Below, in pieces: positions 38,849 through 49,027 of a stretch of DNA of 64,000 bases. This DNA comes from a virus. The position numbers were made by a program, and so were the translations under genes. Location of the stretch: IMG/VR virus record IMGVR_UViG_3300023084_000004. One strand, written 5' to 3'. Numbering within the stretch: the stretch's first letter is position 1; each line of letters opens with the position of its first letter. The notes below the pieces were generated by a model that worked only from the letters and a program-made list of their open reading frames with translations, had not been told where the DNA came from and did no database searches.

Positions 38849-41800
38849 TTAAATTACTGCTCTACTGTTTGAAGCTCTTCTTGCAAGTTTTCTTACAGAA
38901 GATGTAAATGGTCGTCCTTCAATTCGACCTGTTCTACCATTAATTCTTAGACCTCTTGCGAAGTATTGGTTATTCAATTCATCCGCACCAGACCATCTAA
39001 TTCTACCACCGTCTTCACTTAGTACCGAAGCTACCGCTGATATAGCAGAACCTAAGTTTCTAAAGTTTAGAGGTAGAGCATTTCTGTTAACACCCGCGGA
39101 TGCACCATTAAACTGGTGAGCAATAGATTCTACCAAGGAACCAAATACTAGAGTTTCAGGTCTTAAGATATTATCTTTTAGACAATCATTAAATAATCCT
39201 TCAACCATTAAGTCATGCTGTGAGTTAGGTGATAGATTATCAACAATATAATCTCTCATTCTATCCCAAGCACCAGTGAAGGCATCTAATAACGATGTAT
39301 CATTAGGTCCATCTAGTACCCATGTTGTTCCGTTCCAGTAATATATATCTCCAGCGAAATGATTAGTTGCATAGTTAGATGCAACAATATATGCATGGTT
39401 TGGTTTTTGTCCTGTTATTGCCGCAAGATCTGAAAGTTGTTCAACACTTCCTTGATACTTATAAGCCGCATTAGATGGATTAAATACTGGGAATGTGTGC
39501 TGTCCTTTCTGATCGAAGAATGCTGCAGTAAATGATCTTGTTGATTTTTGAGATCCTGCTACGTCTCCATATACTGGTGTACCTGCAGAAGCATCTTCAT
39601 ATCTGAAGTCGTTTGTAATAGCTTCAAGCAAGTTGTAACCATCTCTTCTTGTTAATCCAATATCGATAAAGTCGTATGTGCTATTAACAAATCTTACAAC
39701 ATCAAATGCAAGATCGAGTTTATTTTGCTCAAGAATAAATTGAGCACTTGTGAATTGATCTCCTGAGTATGTATAATCTGGTTCTTCTTTAGCAGGTAAG
39801 TACTTAGTATCTTTAAAGAATTGTGTCTTATAGAAAATATTAGCAAGATTTTGTACTTTTTCGGCTTCAACTTGAGTTCCAAGTTCGCCAAGAGCAACCT
39901 GATTTGGATATTTTCCTACAACAATATCTTTACAAATTACACCGAGTTGCTTATAAGCTTTTGCTGTTGCAACTCTTTGATCTTCAGGGACTCTATATTG
40001 ATTATTCCAGAAGTAGAAATCTGCATTCCATCTTGATGCGATATTACCGCCATAGTTCAAGTCATAAGAGAATGCGTCAAGTAAGTAACCTACGTCTCTT
40101 CTACACTTATCTCTGTTATAATCAAGAACATCAAATTCTGTATTGATATATTCAATCATATCGTTAGCAAGAATTTCAAGATTATCATCAATCTGTTGAG
40201 CTGCACCTATAACGTCTGAAGCAACCCAAGCTGTTGTAGGTTGTACTAAACCAGGCATTGAATCAAGTGAATTTGCTCTGATAACATCTTCTACAATTCC
40301 GATTAAGTCAGAAACTCTTGCACCTTCAACCGCAGTTGCTGGTGTACCTGTTGTATCAAATGGTGTATCAGTATATGTTGTATTTGCAATACTTCCATCT
40401 TCTTGAACAACCGCATCAAGAACTGTTCCTAAGTAGTTGTATACATCAGCAGTTTGAGTTCTTGTATCTGCAGGTAATACGCTCACACCCCAATCGAAGT
40501 AAATTTGAGCTGCGATACGTGTTGCATAGTTTCCGTCATATTGAATATCATGAGAGATAGCATCGATTAAGTATCCAATGTCTCTTCTACACCTTTGTTC
40601 AGGGAAACTCAATCCGTTATGAACATTAGAAATATAATTTAAGATCGAAGCGGCTAGGTTAACGCTTTCATCTTCAATCAATTCTTTAGATGCTACGTAT
40701 GGAGTTCTTTGCCATGTTTGTACAGGATCTACGCGATCTGGGAATGAAACGTAAGATCCTTTATCTACGACATTGGCAACAATCTTAACTAGGTTTTGAG
40801 CTCTTATTGCGATTTCTGGGCTACCAGCAATTTGTGTCTGATCTTGTTTTTCTATATTACCATCAATTTGTAATATTGCATTAGGTATTGCACTTACAAA
40901 AGTATGTGCACCTGTGTATTGTTTTGCATATCCAGTATTTACAGTAAATGTATTTGAAGTTACTGCTGTAATTTCAAGAGGTTTCTTAAATGCAGGATCG
41001 GTTCTTCTTGGATGAGAAATTTGAACAGCAGGTGAACCACACTCGAATGTTATACCTTCTTCTGCGATAATAATATGATCGCCAACACTCATATAATGAG
41101 GTGAAGTTGTTGTAATAACAGTTTCTCCAGTGGTTGGACTATAAGTTGCTGTACTTACACCAAACTTACGCTTAACCCAATCTGTTTGATCTACATCAAG
41201 TCTTCTTACACATTGCTCAACAAGATTTGATACATGAGTAAATGCTTTCTTACTTGCTTCTCTCTGGAATACTGGTAGTGTACTTACTGCATTATCAAAA
41301 TACATATAAGCGGCATTTAATGTTGCTGCATTACCACCGTATTGAATATCATGTGATACTGCATCAAGAACATATCCAATATCTCTTCTACATTTATCTT
41401 CATCATAAGGAAGAATTTCAAAGAATCTTGCAAGATAAGTAAGAATTCCATCTTGAATACCTGATATTGAAGTAACGAGTTGAGCATAAGCTGTTTGATA
41501 TTCTGCTTGATAACCTGCAAGATTTGGAAGTTCTTCAGCTGGTAAACTATCAATACCATCATTATCTATGGCATCAGAAACTAATTCAAACATTTGTCTA
41601 ACTTTTAATGCCATTGCAGCACCTGCATTACCAGATGCGAATGATTGATTTTCAGCATTACCAGTAGTTTTTGTTACTGCAGAATCTTGAACAACTAATT
41701 CAGCAACCGTTGCGATATGAGCAAATGCTGCAGCGGTTGGAGCTCTTTGATCTTCAGGTAATATTGCTACTGCGTTTTCGAAGTAGATATTAGCATTCCA

Positions 41801-44800
41801 TCTTGAAGCTACATTACCACCGTGCATTGCATCCCAAGTTACTGAATCAATAATATATCCAAGATCTCTTTCACACTTAGCTGAATCATAAACTAGTGAA
41901 CCATAGTTTTGTGCAATCCAAGCAGTCATTTCAGCTTGCATGAATGCTTTGTTATTTTGTAATTGTTCTCTTGCGTTGATGCCATTAGCACCAGCTTGTG
42001 AAGCAGCTCCAAATGATATTGTATCAGGAGTATTATTACCCATAATATCAATAATTTCATTAAATGCTGCTTGTGCTCTTTCTCTTGCACCATCATCAGT
42101 AATCGATCTTACTGCGATGTCTCTAGCGTATTCAACACCTTTAATTGTTTCTGTAAGTTGTTCATTCACAACTAGATTTGTTCCAGCAGTACCTGAACGA
42201 TATGCTAATCCATTAAAGACTGAATTGAAGTTTGAATCTGCTAATACGTCTCTTGCAACTGCTTTAACAATTGTTTCGATATCACGCTTACACTTATCTC
42301 CATCGAAAGTAAAGTATTTGTCTCTTAAGTATGCAATCGTATCGGCAGCAATAAAGTCTTTGTTTAATTGAATTTGCTTACGTGCTTGTGTTCTATTTGA
42401 ATCAACTGTAGGATCAACTTGTGTTGTAGTTAAGTTTTCGTCAGATGCGTCATCTACTACATTAGCAATAATTTCTATAAGATCATGTACCGCAGTACCT
42501 GTTGCCGCGTCAGCCGGTGTTCCAGAAGTATCTTGTGTTGGAACATTATTTGCTGAAGGAGTAATTGAAATTTCTTGTACAACATCGCTTGCAACATCAG
42601 CTAATCTTTGGAATGCAAGTTTTGTAGGTATGCGTTGCTCTTCAGGAAGAATATTAATTAAAGTACGTAAACCTGAAACGTTTGCTGTCTTGTATGTTTC
42701 AGCAGTATCTCTAAATTGTCCTGAAACTTCAATTGGAAGAACGTTAATTGATCTGAGTTGTTCTAAATCAGCAGAAATTTCATTGTCTAATCTAAAGTAG
42801 TATTTTGCTGCTTCGATAGTATTAGCATTACCACCATAGATAATATCTTTAGAAACGGCGTCAATAATAAGACCAACATCTCTTCTACATGTCGCTTTAT
42901 CGTATGGTAAACCTTTCCATTCTCTTCTTACATAACCGATAACGTCATCTTGAAGAACCTCTGTTTGTCCATCAATCTTATTAACTGCATCAGCATAACC
43001 AGTTTCAATAATTGGTTCTACATATTCTGGTAACCAAGTAAGTGTATTGTCTCTAATAACGTTAGTTGTAATTTCTACTAATTCTTTAACTTTATTAGCA
43101 ACTGCAATACCTGCATCTGTTTGTGAAACATCTTGTGTTGCAGCATTACCGCTTGTTACTGAAACTGCTTGGTCTCTAACAATTTGATAACATACTTCTG
43201 CAATGTGTGCCCATGTTTTAGCAGTTGGTAAAATTTGATCACCTGGTAATACAGAAATTGCATTATCATAATACATTCTAGCGAAGTTTACAGAAGCTGC
43301 GTTTGAACCATGTTGGATATCCCAAGAAACTGCGTCGATCAAGAATCCTGTATCTCTTTCACACTTAGCAACATCATATACAAGATTTGGCCAAGTTTGA
43401 GCAATATATGCTGTAACTTCAGCTGCTAGGAATGCTTTGTTTAATTGTAATGCAGTTCTTGCGGTTGTATGATTTGCGCTTACAGTGTTTGTTCCAAATG
43501 TAAGAACATCAGCATTACCAGTACCGTTATTTAGAATATCAATTATTTCATCGAATGCTGCATTTGCTCTTGTTAAAGAATTTCCTGTTAATTCATTTGC
43601 AATTTCTGATTTTAAGAAATTAATCGAACCAGTAGTTTGTGGTAATTGATCTGAAACAACTAGATTAATACTTCCTGAACCAAGTTGATATGAAAGACCT
43701 GCAAACACTGCGTTATAATTTGAACCTGTTGCAACATCTCTTCGTATTGCATCAAGAATTAAACCTGTATCTCTTGAACATTTTGCTCCATCAAATACAA
43801 AATAATTATCATCTAAATAAGCCATGATTTCGTCTTGAATCATGTTCCTATTGATTTGTAATTGCTCTGCAGCTCTTTGTCCGTCTGAATTATATGTTAC
43901 TTTAGCAACAGCATGATTTGCTGCAGATACAAATGTATGAGCACCACCAGCACCAACTCCAACATTTACTGTAATATCATCACCAGCAACAGTTGTAATT
44001 CTCATTGGAGTATTATAGTTGCCGTCACCTTTTCTTGGGTATGAATGTTCTGTTGCATTACCATCAGAAGCACAAGTAAATGTTAAACTGTATGGAGCAA
44101 ATTCAATATAATCATCAACTAATAAATTATGTCCTGGAATCGTTACGACACTGATTCCAGTTACTGGATCGTATGTAGCTGTTGTTGGTGTATAATATTG
44201 TAAGTAATTTGAAGGATCTGTCCAAATGATAGGATCTCCAACAATACAATCGTCATCTGCTCTTACAAAGGTATGTGCACCAGTATAACCGTTAGCATCT
44301 CCAACATTCATCGTAATTGTTGTAGAAGTAATTCCTGTAATTTTTACAGGTGTTTTATACGCTGGATCTGTAGGTCTTGGATGAACGATTTCAATACTAT
44401 TACATTCAAATACAACACTCTCTGGTTTAATTTCTACATAATCACCAACTACAAATGAGTGTTGCCCGATTGTTGCTTCAAATTCTCCTGTGATAGGATC
44501 GTATGTAGCAGTTGATAATGAGAATGTTGGAATATATGTTGCTGCTTTAACACAATCAGCATCAGCAGCTACAAAGGTATGTGCACCAGTATAACCACCG
44601 GCATCTCCAGCATTAAATTCAATTGTGGTTGAGGTAACCTTATTAATTGTTAAAGGAGTCCTGTAGGCAGGATCTGTGGGTCTTGGATGCACAATATTAA
44701 CAGAAGGAGAACCACACTGCCAAGTTAAACTTAAATCATCTAATACAATTTTATCACCTTGTTTAAAGTCGTGAGCACCAATTGTAAGACTTGTAATACC

Positions 44801-47800
44801 AGTTAATGGATCGTATGTTCCATTAGTTGGAGTATATGATTTACCTTTACTTTCTACAATATCAATAAGTTGTCTAAATGACTCGTCAGATCTATGAATT
44901 GATGCAGCATCAGTAATAGTGTTATTAGCAATAAGTTGTTTTAATTCGTTAAAGGCACCAACTGTTTCTGGTCTTTCGTTATACCAGTTTCTTAATGTTC
45001 CTTGATTACCTTGTCTGTATGCAACACCTGCTTGTTTAGCATTAAAGTTTGTACCAGTAATAATATCTCTTTCGATTGCTGGTAAAATGTGCTGAATAAC
45101 ATCTCTTTCACATTTTTCTGAATCATATCTGAAGTAGTTATAATCAATATAACCCATCATATGATCTTGAATAAAGTTTTTGTTATTCTGTAATTGAATT
45201 CGTGCGTTACGCTTACTTGAAATAATATTTGTATTATCAGAGAATCTTATTTTAGAACTTGCAAGAATAACTGAATTTACGTCTGCACTTACAAAAGTAT
45301 GTGGAGCAACATAAGCCGCAGGACCAACATTAATTGTAATTGATGTTGGAGTTGTTGCTTCAATTTCTAGAGGACTTCTGTAAGCAGGATCTCCAACTCT
45401 TGGATGCGATAGTGTTGTGACTGTACCATCACCCTCACAAGAGAATGAAATACTTCCAGGCTTGAGAATTACTTTATCTCCAACACTTAATCCATGTCTA
45501 CCAGCAAGTGTAAGTACAGCAATACCAGTTTCTGCATCGTATGTTCCATCTATAGGAGTCCATGCAACATCAGAAGCTGCAGTTATTGCATCTTTATAAG
45601 CACTCACAAATGTATGAGCACCTGTATAACCATTTGCGTCACCTGCTTGAACAGTTACTGTTGTTGCTGTTTTATTAAGAACAACGTATGGCTTGTTATA
45701 GAAAGGATCGGTTGTTCTTGGGTGAGAAATTGTTACACCACTACCACAACTAAATGTCATTCCATTTGGTTTGATAAAGAATGAATCACCAACTGCAAAA
45801 TTATGTGAACCAATTGTTACTGTCATAATTCCAGTTACTGGATCGTATGTCGCATCTGTAGGTGTATAAGAAGCATCTACTTGTGCAAATCTTCCACCAT
45901 CACCTTCAAGTATTCCAATAATTTCGTCAAATGCTTCATCAGATCTTGCAGAACCAATATAGCTGTTTGCGTCAAGTATTTCGTTTGTTTGATCTTTAAG
46001 TCTTCGATATGCAGAGATTGTTTCATCTCTTTGTTTATCAATAACTTTCTTAGCAGCATTCATGTAATAAGCATTACCTGCAGTTACTGCATTATAGTTT
46101 GTTTCTAATAACATATCGTACTTAACGGCAGGTAAAATATATTCTGTAACATCTCTTCTACATTTTACACTATCGTAAGCAAAGAATTCGTCGTTATTGT
46201 CAATCCAATCTGTAAGTTCATCTTGGATAAATGATCTGTTGTCTTGTAATAATTCTCTAGCTGCTGTTCTTTCAACTTTACCAGAATCAACCCATGTAAT
46301 TGGGTTCATATTTTCTTCACCATATTGAAGAACATTATAGAGTTCTTGCATTGAAGTATTTGCGCGATTAATAATTTCAGTTGAACCTTCAAAAATAGAT
46401 TCAACGCGCGATTGCAAGTATTGGTTAGCGCCAAGAGTTTCTTCTAATTGATCTCCTGGAACAATGTATGAAATTGGTGAGCGATAAGTAATACCAGCTA
46501 ATCTACCCCAATAATTAGAATCAAGTGCAATATCGTATCCTAATCCATCAACAATAATTCTACTATCTCTTTCACATTTACCTGCATCATAACCAGTATA
46601 ACCTAATCCACCATTTGCTGAATTTGCAGTGAGATATTCAACCATATCATCAACGATATCGTCATAAGCATTCTCGATAGTGTCAGCAAATACTGTGTTA
46701 CCAAATATAGTTGCGTTAGTTGATTTAGGTGCGAAGAACTGAGTTGTACCTTTTGCTCTCATTGAGATGTCACCGAACTGAGTACCTGAGTTGTTCAGTG
46801 TCATTTGTCCACCATTCAATGCATAGAATGCGCATCGTACGAAAATGGATAGAGAACCGATACCGTTAACACCAGCACCGTCTCGAGCAACATAACCCAT
46901 ACCGTTTTGAGAACGAGGTGTGAAACCGAAACATAATACGTAAGTATATAATGAATCTGGGTCTAATACTCTTCTATCTGCAAGTAGACATCCACCACCT
47001 CTTCCAACTAATCTGTTAGGGAAGTCGTCGATACCAATTGCGTCGATTGTAGCAGTACCACCAGATTCAGATGTAATAGTATCTCCAACCGCAAAACCTT
47101 TGTTGTTCTTTAAGTTTCTTACGTGAATCTTATTATCAGAAGCAAGTTCAGAAACATAAGATACGAAACCAACTGCACCAGATGAGAATGTAATCTCATC
47201 ATCAACTGCAAATCCGCTAACAGCTGACACATTACTTAATGTAAACTCTCTACCTAAATCGTCGAGTGTACCTTTACTGTTATATGGGTTTAGAGGTGGT
47301 TCAACATCTACCCTGTTAAAGTTAGATAATTGAGAACTGTCTCTGATGTATGGTGAACGGAGTAACTTAGCACCAGGTCTGTAAGCAACGGCGAATCCAC
47401 CTTCTGGATAATCGAAGTTATCGATTTTCCAGTTCATATAAGCAAAACCTTGAACGTAGTTACCAGAACCAACTAACCAACAGTTATTATTTTCATAACC
47501 AGGAAGTGCTTCAATAACTGTAGCATATTGTCCAGCTTTAGAAGTAACCGCACAATCATCTGGAATTGCAAGTTCACCTTTTGTATAATAAGTACCTTGT
47601 CCTACTTCAATATGAACTGCGTTGTTTAATGAGTTTCTATCATAAGAACCACCTGCTTTTTCTAAAGCAAGTTCACATGCTCTTTCAAGTGTACGAACTG
47701 GTTGTAATTCAGTACCTGGATATTCGTCATTACCTTTAGCAGCATCTACAGAAACTTTTAATGCTGATTGAGTAGATTTTGATACTTCGTTGAATAATTG

Positions 47801-48988
47801 TTTGTAAGAAATTTGTTCTGTTTCACCAGTTTTTTCATTTCGAATTGCAAAGTAACTTTCTTCATCAATAGGAGCTTCAAACTCTTTAGTAAGCTCCATA
47901 TCGAAGTCAACAAGTTGAGATGAATCAATTACACCACCTGAGAATGTTGATTGTGAAAGTGTACCATTATCGAATGATGAATTTGTTGAAGATAATCCAT
48001 CAGCTGAAGAACTGGTAATCGTTAAATCGTTAGCAACCACTCCGTCCATTGTACCAGCAAATGAGGTATTTGAAATGGATCCATTTTGGAATACGGAATA
48101 ATCAATTGTTGAATTTGTAAGTACTACATTATTGCCTGTACCATCATTAAATTCTGATTGAGTAATAACTGTATTGTTAACTGTACCATCATTAAATTCT
48201 GAAGTTGTGATAACAGTATTACTAATATTTCCTTCATAGAAATTAGAAGCACTAATATCTGTTGTTGTAATATCTGAATTTGAAAGAGATACATCAACAC
48301 CAACAACAGTAGACATTGTACCGCTATTGAATTCTGAACTTGAAATGACTGTATTATTAACTGTACCATCATTAAATTCTGATTGAGTAATGACAATATT
48401 GTTTGCTGTAGAATTTGAGATTGTGCCATCAGTAAATGATGAATTAGCAAGTCTAATATTATCACCATCAACATTAGACATATCGCCATTTTGGAATGTT
48501 GAACTATCGATGGTTGAATTATTGAGTACTACGTTGTTACCAGTACCATCATTAAATTCTGATTGAGTAATGACAATATTATTTGCGGTACCATCTGAGA
48601 AATCAGAATTGGTAATTGTCATTGTATTTGCTGTTGTAGCAAATATCGTTCCAAGCTGGAACGAAGAGTAAGACATTACAATGTTGTTAGCGTCAGAGTT
48701 TGTTATTTCGGTTCTATCAATACTACCACGAACAAAATCTGTATCTTCAATATCTGAATTGTCAATAATAACATTATCAAGTCTTGAATCTGACATGACA
48801 ACACCGGAGATAGTACCTCCAGTGATGGTGATTCTTGAAAAAATCTCGTATTGAATGGCTTCGACTAATTCTTTACGAGTTATGTTTTTGGTACCATCGT
48901 CACCTTGAACAAGGTTAACAATAACGAACAGGTCTTCCGACCTGGTATTTGCACCTGTAATTGTACCTAGTTCTGAAATTTTTGACAT
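38849..48988 (-). CDS. Giant multidomain virion protein (3379 aa): pentapeptide solenoid, beta-helix-like region, 11-12 CxRD helical repeats, six beta-sandwich repeats
   Basis: KISEL N-terminus; strict 5-residue periodicity at aa ~55-365; repeated [YF]DxxKCxRD and TYDPxTG...HPR...AHTF motifs. Confidence 0.8.
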   Translation of the reverse strand: MSKISELGTITGANTRSEDLFVIVNLVQGDDGTKNITRKELVEAIQYEIFSRITITGGTISGVVMSDSRLDNVIIDNSDIEDTDFVRGSIDRTEITNSDANNIVMSYSSFQLGTIFATTANTMTITNSDFSDGTANNIVITQSEFNDGTGNNVVLNNSTIDSSTFQNGDMSNVDGDNIRLANSSFTDGTISNSTANNIVITQSEFNDGTVNNTVISSSEFNSGTMSTVVGVDVSLSNSDITTTDISASNFYEGNISNTVITTSEFNDGTVNNTVITQSEFNDGTGNNVVLTNSTIDYSVFQNGSISNTSFAGTMDGVVANDLTITSSSADGLSSTNSSFDNGTLSQSTFSGGVIDSSQLVDFDMELTKEFEAPIDEESYFAIRNEKTGETEQISYKQLFNEVSKSTQSALKVSVDAAKGNDEYPGTELQPVRTLERACELALEKAGGSYDRNSLNNAVHIEVGQGTYYTKGELAIPDDCAVTSKAGQYATVIEALPGYENNNCWLVGSGNYVQGFAYMNWKIDNFDYPEGGFAVAYRPGAKLLRSPYIRDSSQLSNFNRVDVEPPLNPYNSKGTLDDLGREFTLSNVSAVSGFAVDDEITFSSGAVGFVSYVSELASDNKIHVRNLKNNKGFAVGDTITSESGGTATIDAIGIDDFPNRLVGRGGGCLLADRRVLDPDSLYTYVLCFGFTPRSQNGMGYVARDGAGVNGIGSLSIFVRCAFYALNGGQMTLNNSGTQFGDISMRAKGTTQFFAPKSTNATIFGNTVFADTIENAYDDIVDDMVEYLTANSANGGLGYTGYDAGKCERDSRIIVDGLGYDIALDSNYWGRLAGITYRSPISYIVPGDQLEETLGANQYLQSRVESIFEGSTEIINRANTSMQELYNVLQYGEENMNPITWVDSGKVERTAARELLQDNRSFIQDELTDWIDNNDEFFAYDSVKCRRDVTEYILPAVKYDMLLETNYNAVTAGNAYYMNAAKKVIDKQRDETISAYRRLKDQTNEILDANSYIGSARSDEAFDEIIGILEGDGGRFAQVDASYTPTDATYDPVTGIMTVTIGSHNFAVGDSFFIKPNGMTFSCGSGVTISHPRTTDPFYNKPYVVLNKTATTVTVQAGDANGYTGAHTFVSAYKDAITAASDVAWTPIDGTYDAETGIAVLTLAGRHGLSVGDKVILKPGSISFSCEGDGTVTTLSHPRVGDPAYRSPLEIEATTPTSITINVGPAAYVAPHTFVSADVNSVILASSKIRFSDNTNIISSKRNARIQLQNNKNFIQDHMMGYIDYNYFRYDSEKCERDVIQHILPAIERDIITGTNFNAKQAGVAYRQGNQGTLRNWYNERPETVGAFNELKQLIANNTITDAASIHRSDESFRQLIDIVESKGKSYTPTNGTYDPLTGITSLTIGAHDFKQGDKIVLDDLSLTWQCGSPSVNIVHPRPTDPAYRTPLTINKVTSTTIEFNAGDAGGYTGAHTFVAADADCVKAATYIPTFSLSTATYDPITGEFEATIGQHSFVVGDYVEIKPESVVFECNSIEIVHPRPTDPAYKTPVKITGITSTTITMNVGDANGYTGAHTFVRADDDCIVGDPIIWTDPSNYLQYYTPTTATYDPVTGISVVTIPGHNLLVDDYIEFAPYSLTFTCASDGNATEHSYPRKGDGNYNTPMRITTVAGDDITVNVGVGAGGAHTFVSAANHAVAKVTYNSDGQRAAEQLQINRNMIQDEIMAYLDDNYFVFDGAKCSRDTGLILDAIRRDVATGSNYNAVFAGLSYQLGSGSINLVVSDQLPQTTGSINFLKSEIANELTGNSLTRANAAFDEIIDILNNGTGNADVLTFGTNTVSANHTTARTALQLNKAFLAAEVTAYIAQTWPNLVYDVAKCERDTGFLIDAVSWDIQHGSNAASVNFARMYYDNAISVLPGDQILPTAKTWAHIAEVCYQIVRDQAVSVTSGNAATQDVSQTDAGIAVANKVKELVEITTNVIRDNTLTWLPEYVEPIIETGYADAVNKIDGQTEVLQDDVIGYVRREWKGLPYDKATCRRDVGLIIDAVSKDIIYGGNANTIEAAKYYFRLDNEISADLEQLRSINVLPIEVSGQFRDTAETYKTANVSGLRTLINILPEEQRIPTKLAFQRLADVASDVVQEISITPSANNVPTQDTSGTPADAATGTAVHDLIEIIANVVDDASDENLTTTQVDPTVDSNRTQARKQIQLNKDFIAADTIAYLRDKYFTFDGDKCKRDIETIVKAVARDVLADSNFNSVFNGLAYRSGTAGTNLVVNEQLTETIKGVEYARDIAVRSITDDGARERAQAAFNEIIDIMGNNTPDTISFGAASQAGANGINAREQLQNNKAFMQAEMTAWIAQNYGSLVYDSAKCERDLGYIIDSVTWDAMHGGNVASRWNANIYFENAVAILPEDQRAPTAAAFAHIATVAELVVQDSAVTKTTGNAENQSFASGNAGAAMALKVRQMFELVSDAIDNDGIDSLPAEELPNLAGYQAEYQTAYAQLVTSISGIQDGILTYLARFFEILPYDEDKCRRDIGYVLDAVSHDIQYGGNAATLNAAYMYFDNAVSTLPVFQREASKKAFTHVSNLVEQCVRRLDVDQTDWVKRKFGVSTATYSPTTGETVITTTSPHYMSVGDHIIIAEEGITFECGSPAVQISHPRRTDPAFKKPLEITAVTSNTFTVNTGYAKQYTGAHTFVSAIPNAILQIDGNIEKQDQTQIAGSPEIAIRAQNLVKIVANVVDKGSYVSFPDRVDPVQTWQRTPYVASKELIEDESVNLAASILNYISNVHNGLSFPEQRCRRDIGYLIDAISHDIQYDGNYATRIAAQIYFDWGVSVLPADTRTQTADVYNYLGTVLDAVVQEDGSIANTTYTDTPFDTTGTPATAVEGARVSDLIGIVEDVIRANSLDSMPGLVQPTTAWVASDVIGAAQQIDDNLEILANDMIEYINTEFDVLDYNRDKCRRDVGYLLDAFSYDLNYGGNIASRWNADFYFWNNQYRVPEDQRVATAKAYKQLGVICKDIVVGKYPNQVALGELGTQVEAEKVQNLANIFYKTQFFKDTKYLPAKEEPDYTYSGDQFTSAQFILEQNKLDLAFDVVRFVNSTYDFIDIGLTRRDGYNLLEAITNDFRYEDASAGTPVYGDVAGSQKSTRSFTAAFFDQKGQHTFPVFNPSNAAYKYQGSVEQLSDLAAITGQKPNHAYIVASNYATNHFAGDIYYWNGTTWVLDGPNDTSLLDAFTGAWDRMRDYIVDNLSPNSQHDLMVEGLFNDCLKDNILRPETLVFGSLVESIAHQFNGASAGVNRNALPLNFRNLGSAISAVASVLSEDGGRIRWSGADELNNQYFARGLRINGRTGRIEGRPFTSSVRKLARRASNSRAVI
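39500..46700 (-). repeat. CxRD helical repeats, 11 with Cys and one degenerate
   Basis: Cys codons at 46574, 46160, 45110, 43778, 43361, 42887, 42290, 41873, 41390, 40589 and 40103; Cys-less LTRRDG copy near 39641-39655. Confidence 0.88.
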
Positions 48989-49012
48989 TGATTAGTCTTC
49001 CCTGTTTCTTTT

Positions 49013-49020
49013 TATTTATT
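49013..49020 (-). promoter_or_regulatory. Late promoter variant AATAAATA
   Basis: Intergenic, upstream of the 3379-aa gene. Confidence 0.6.
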
Positions 49021-49027
49021 AGACCAA

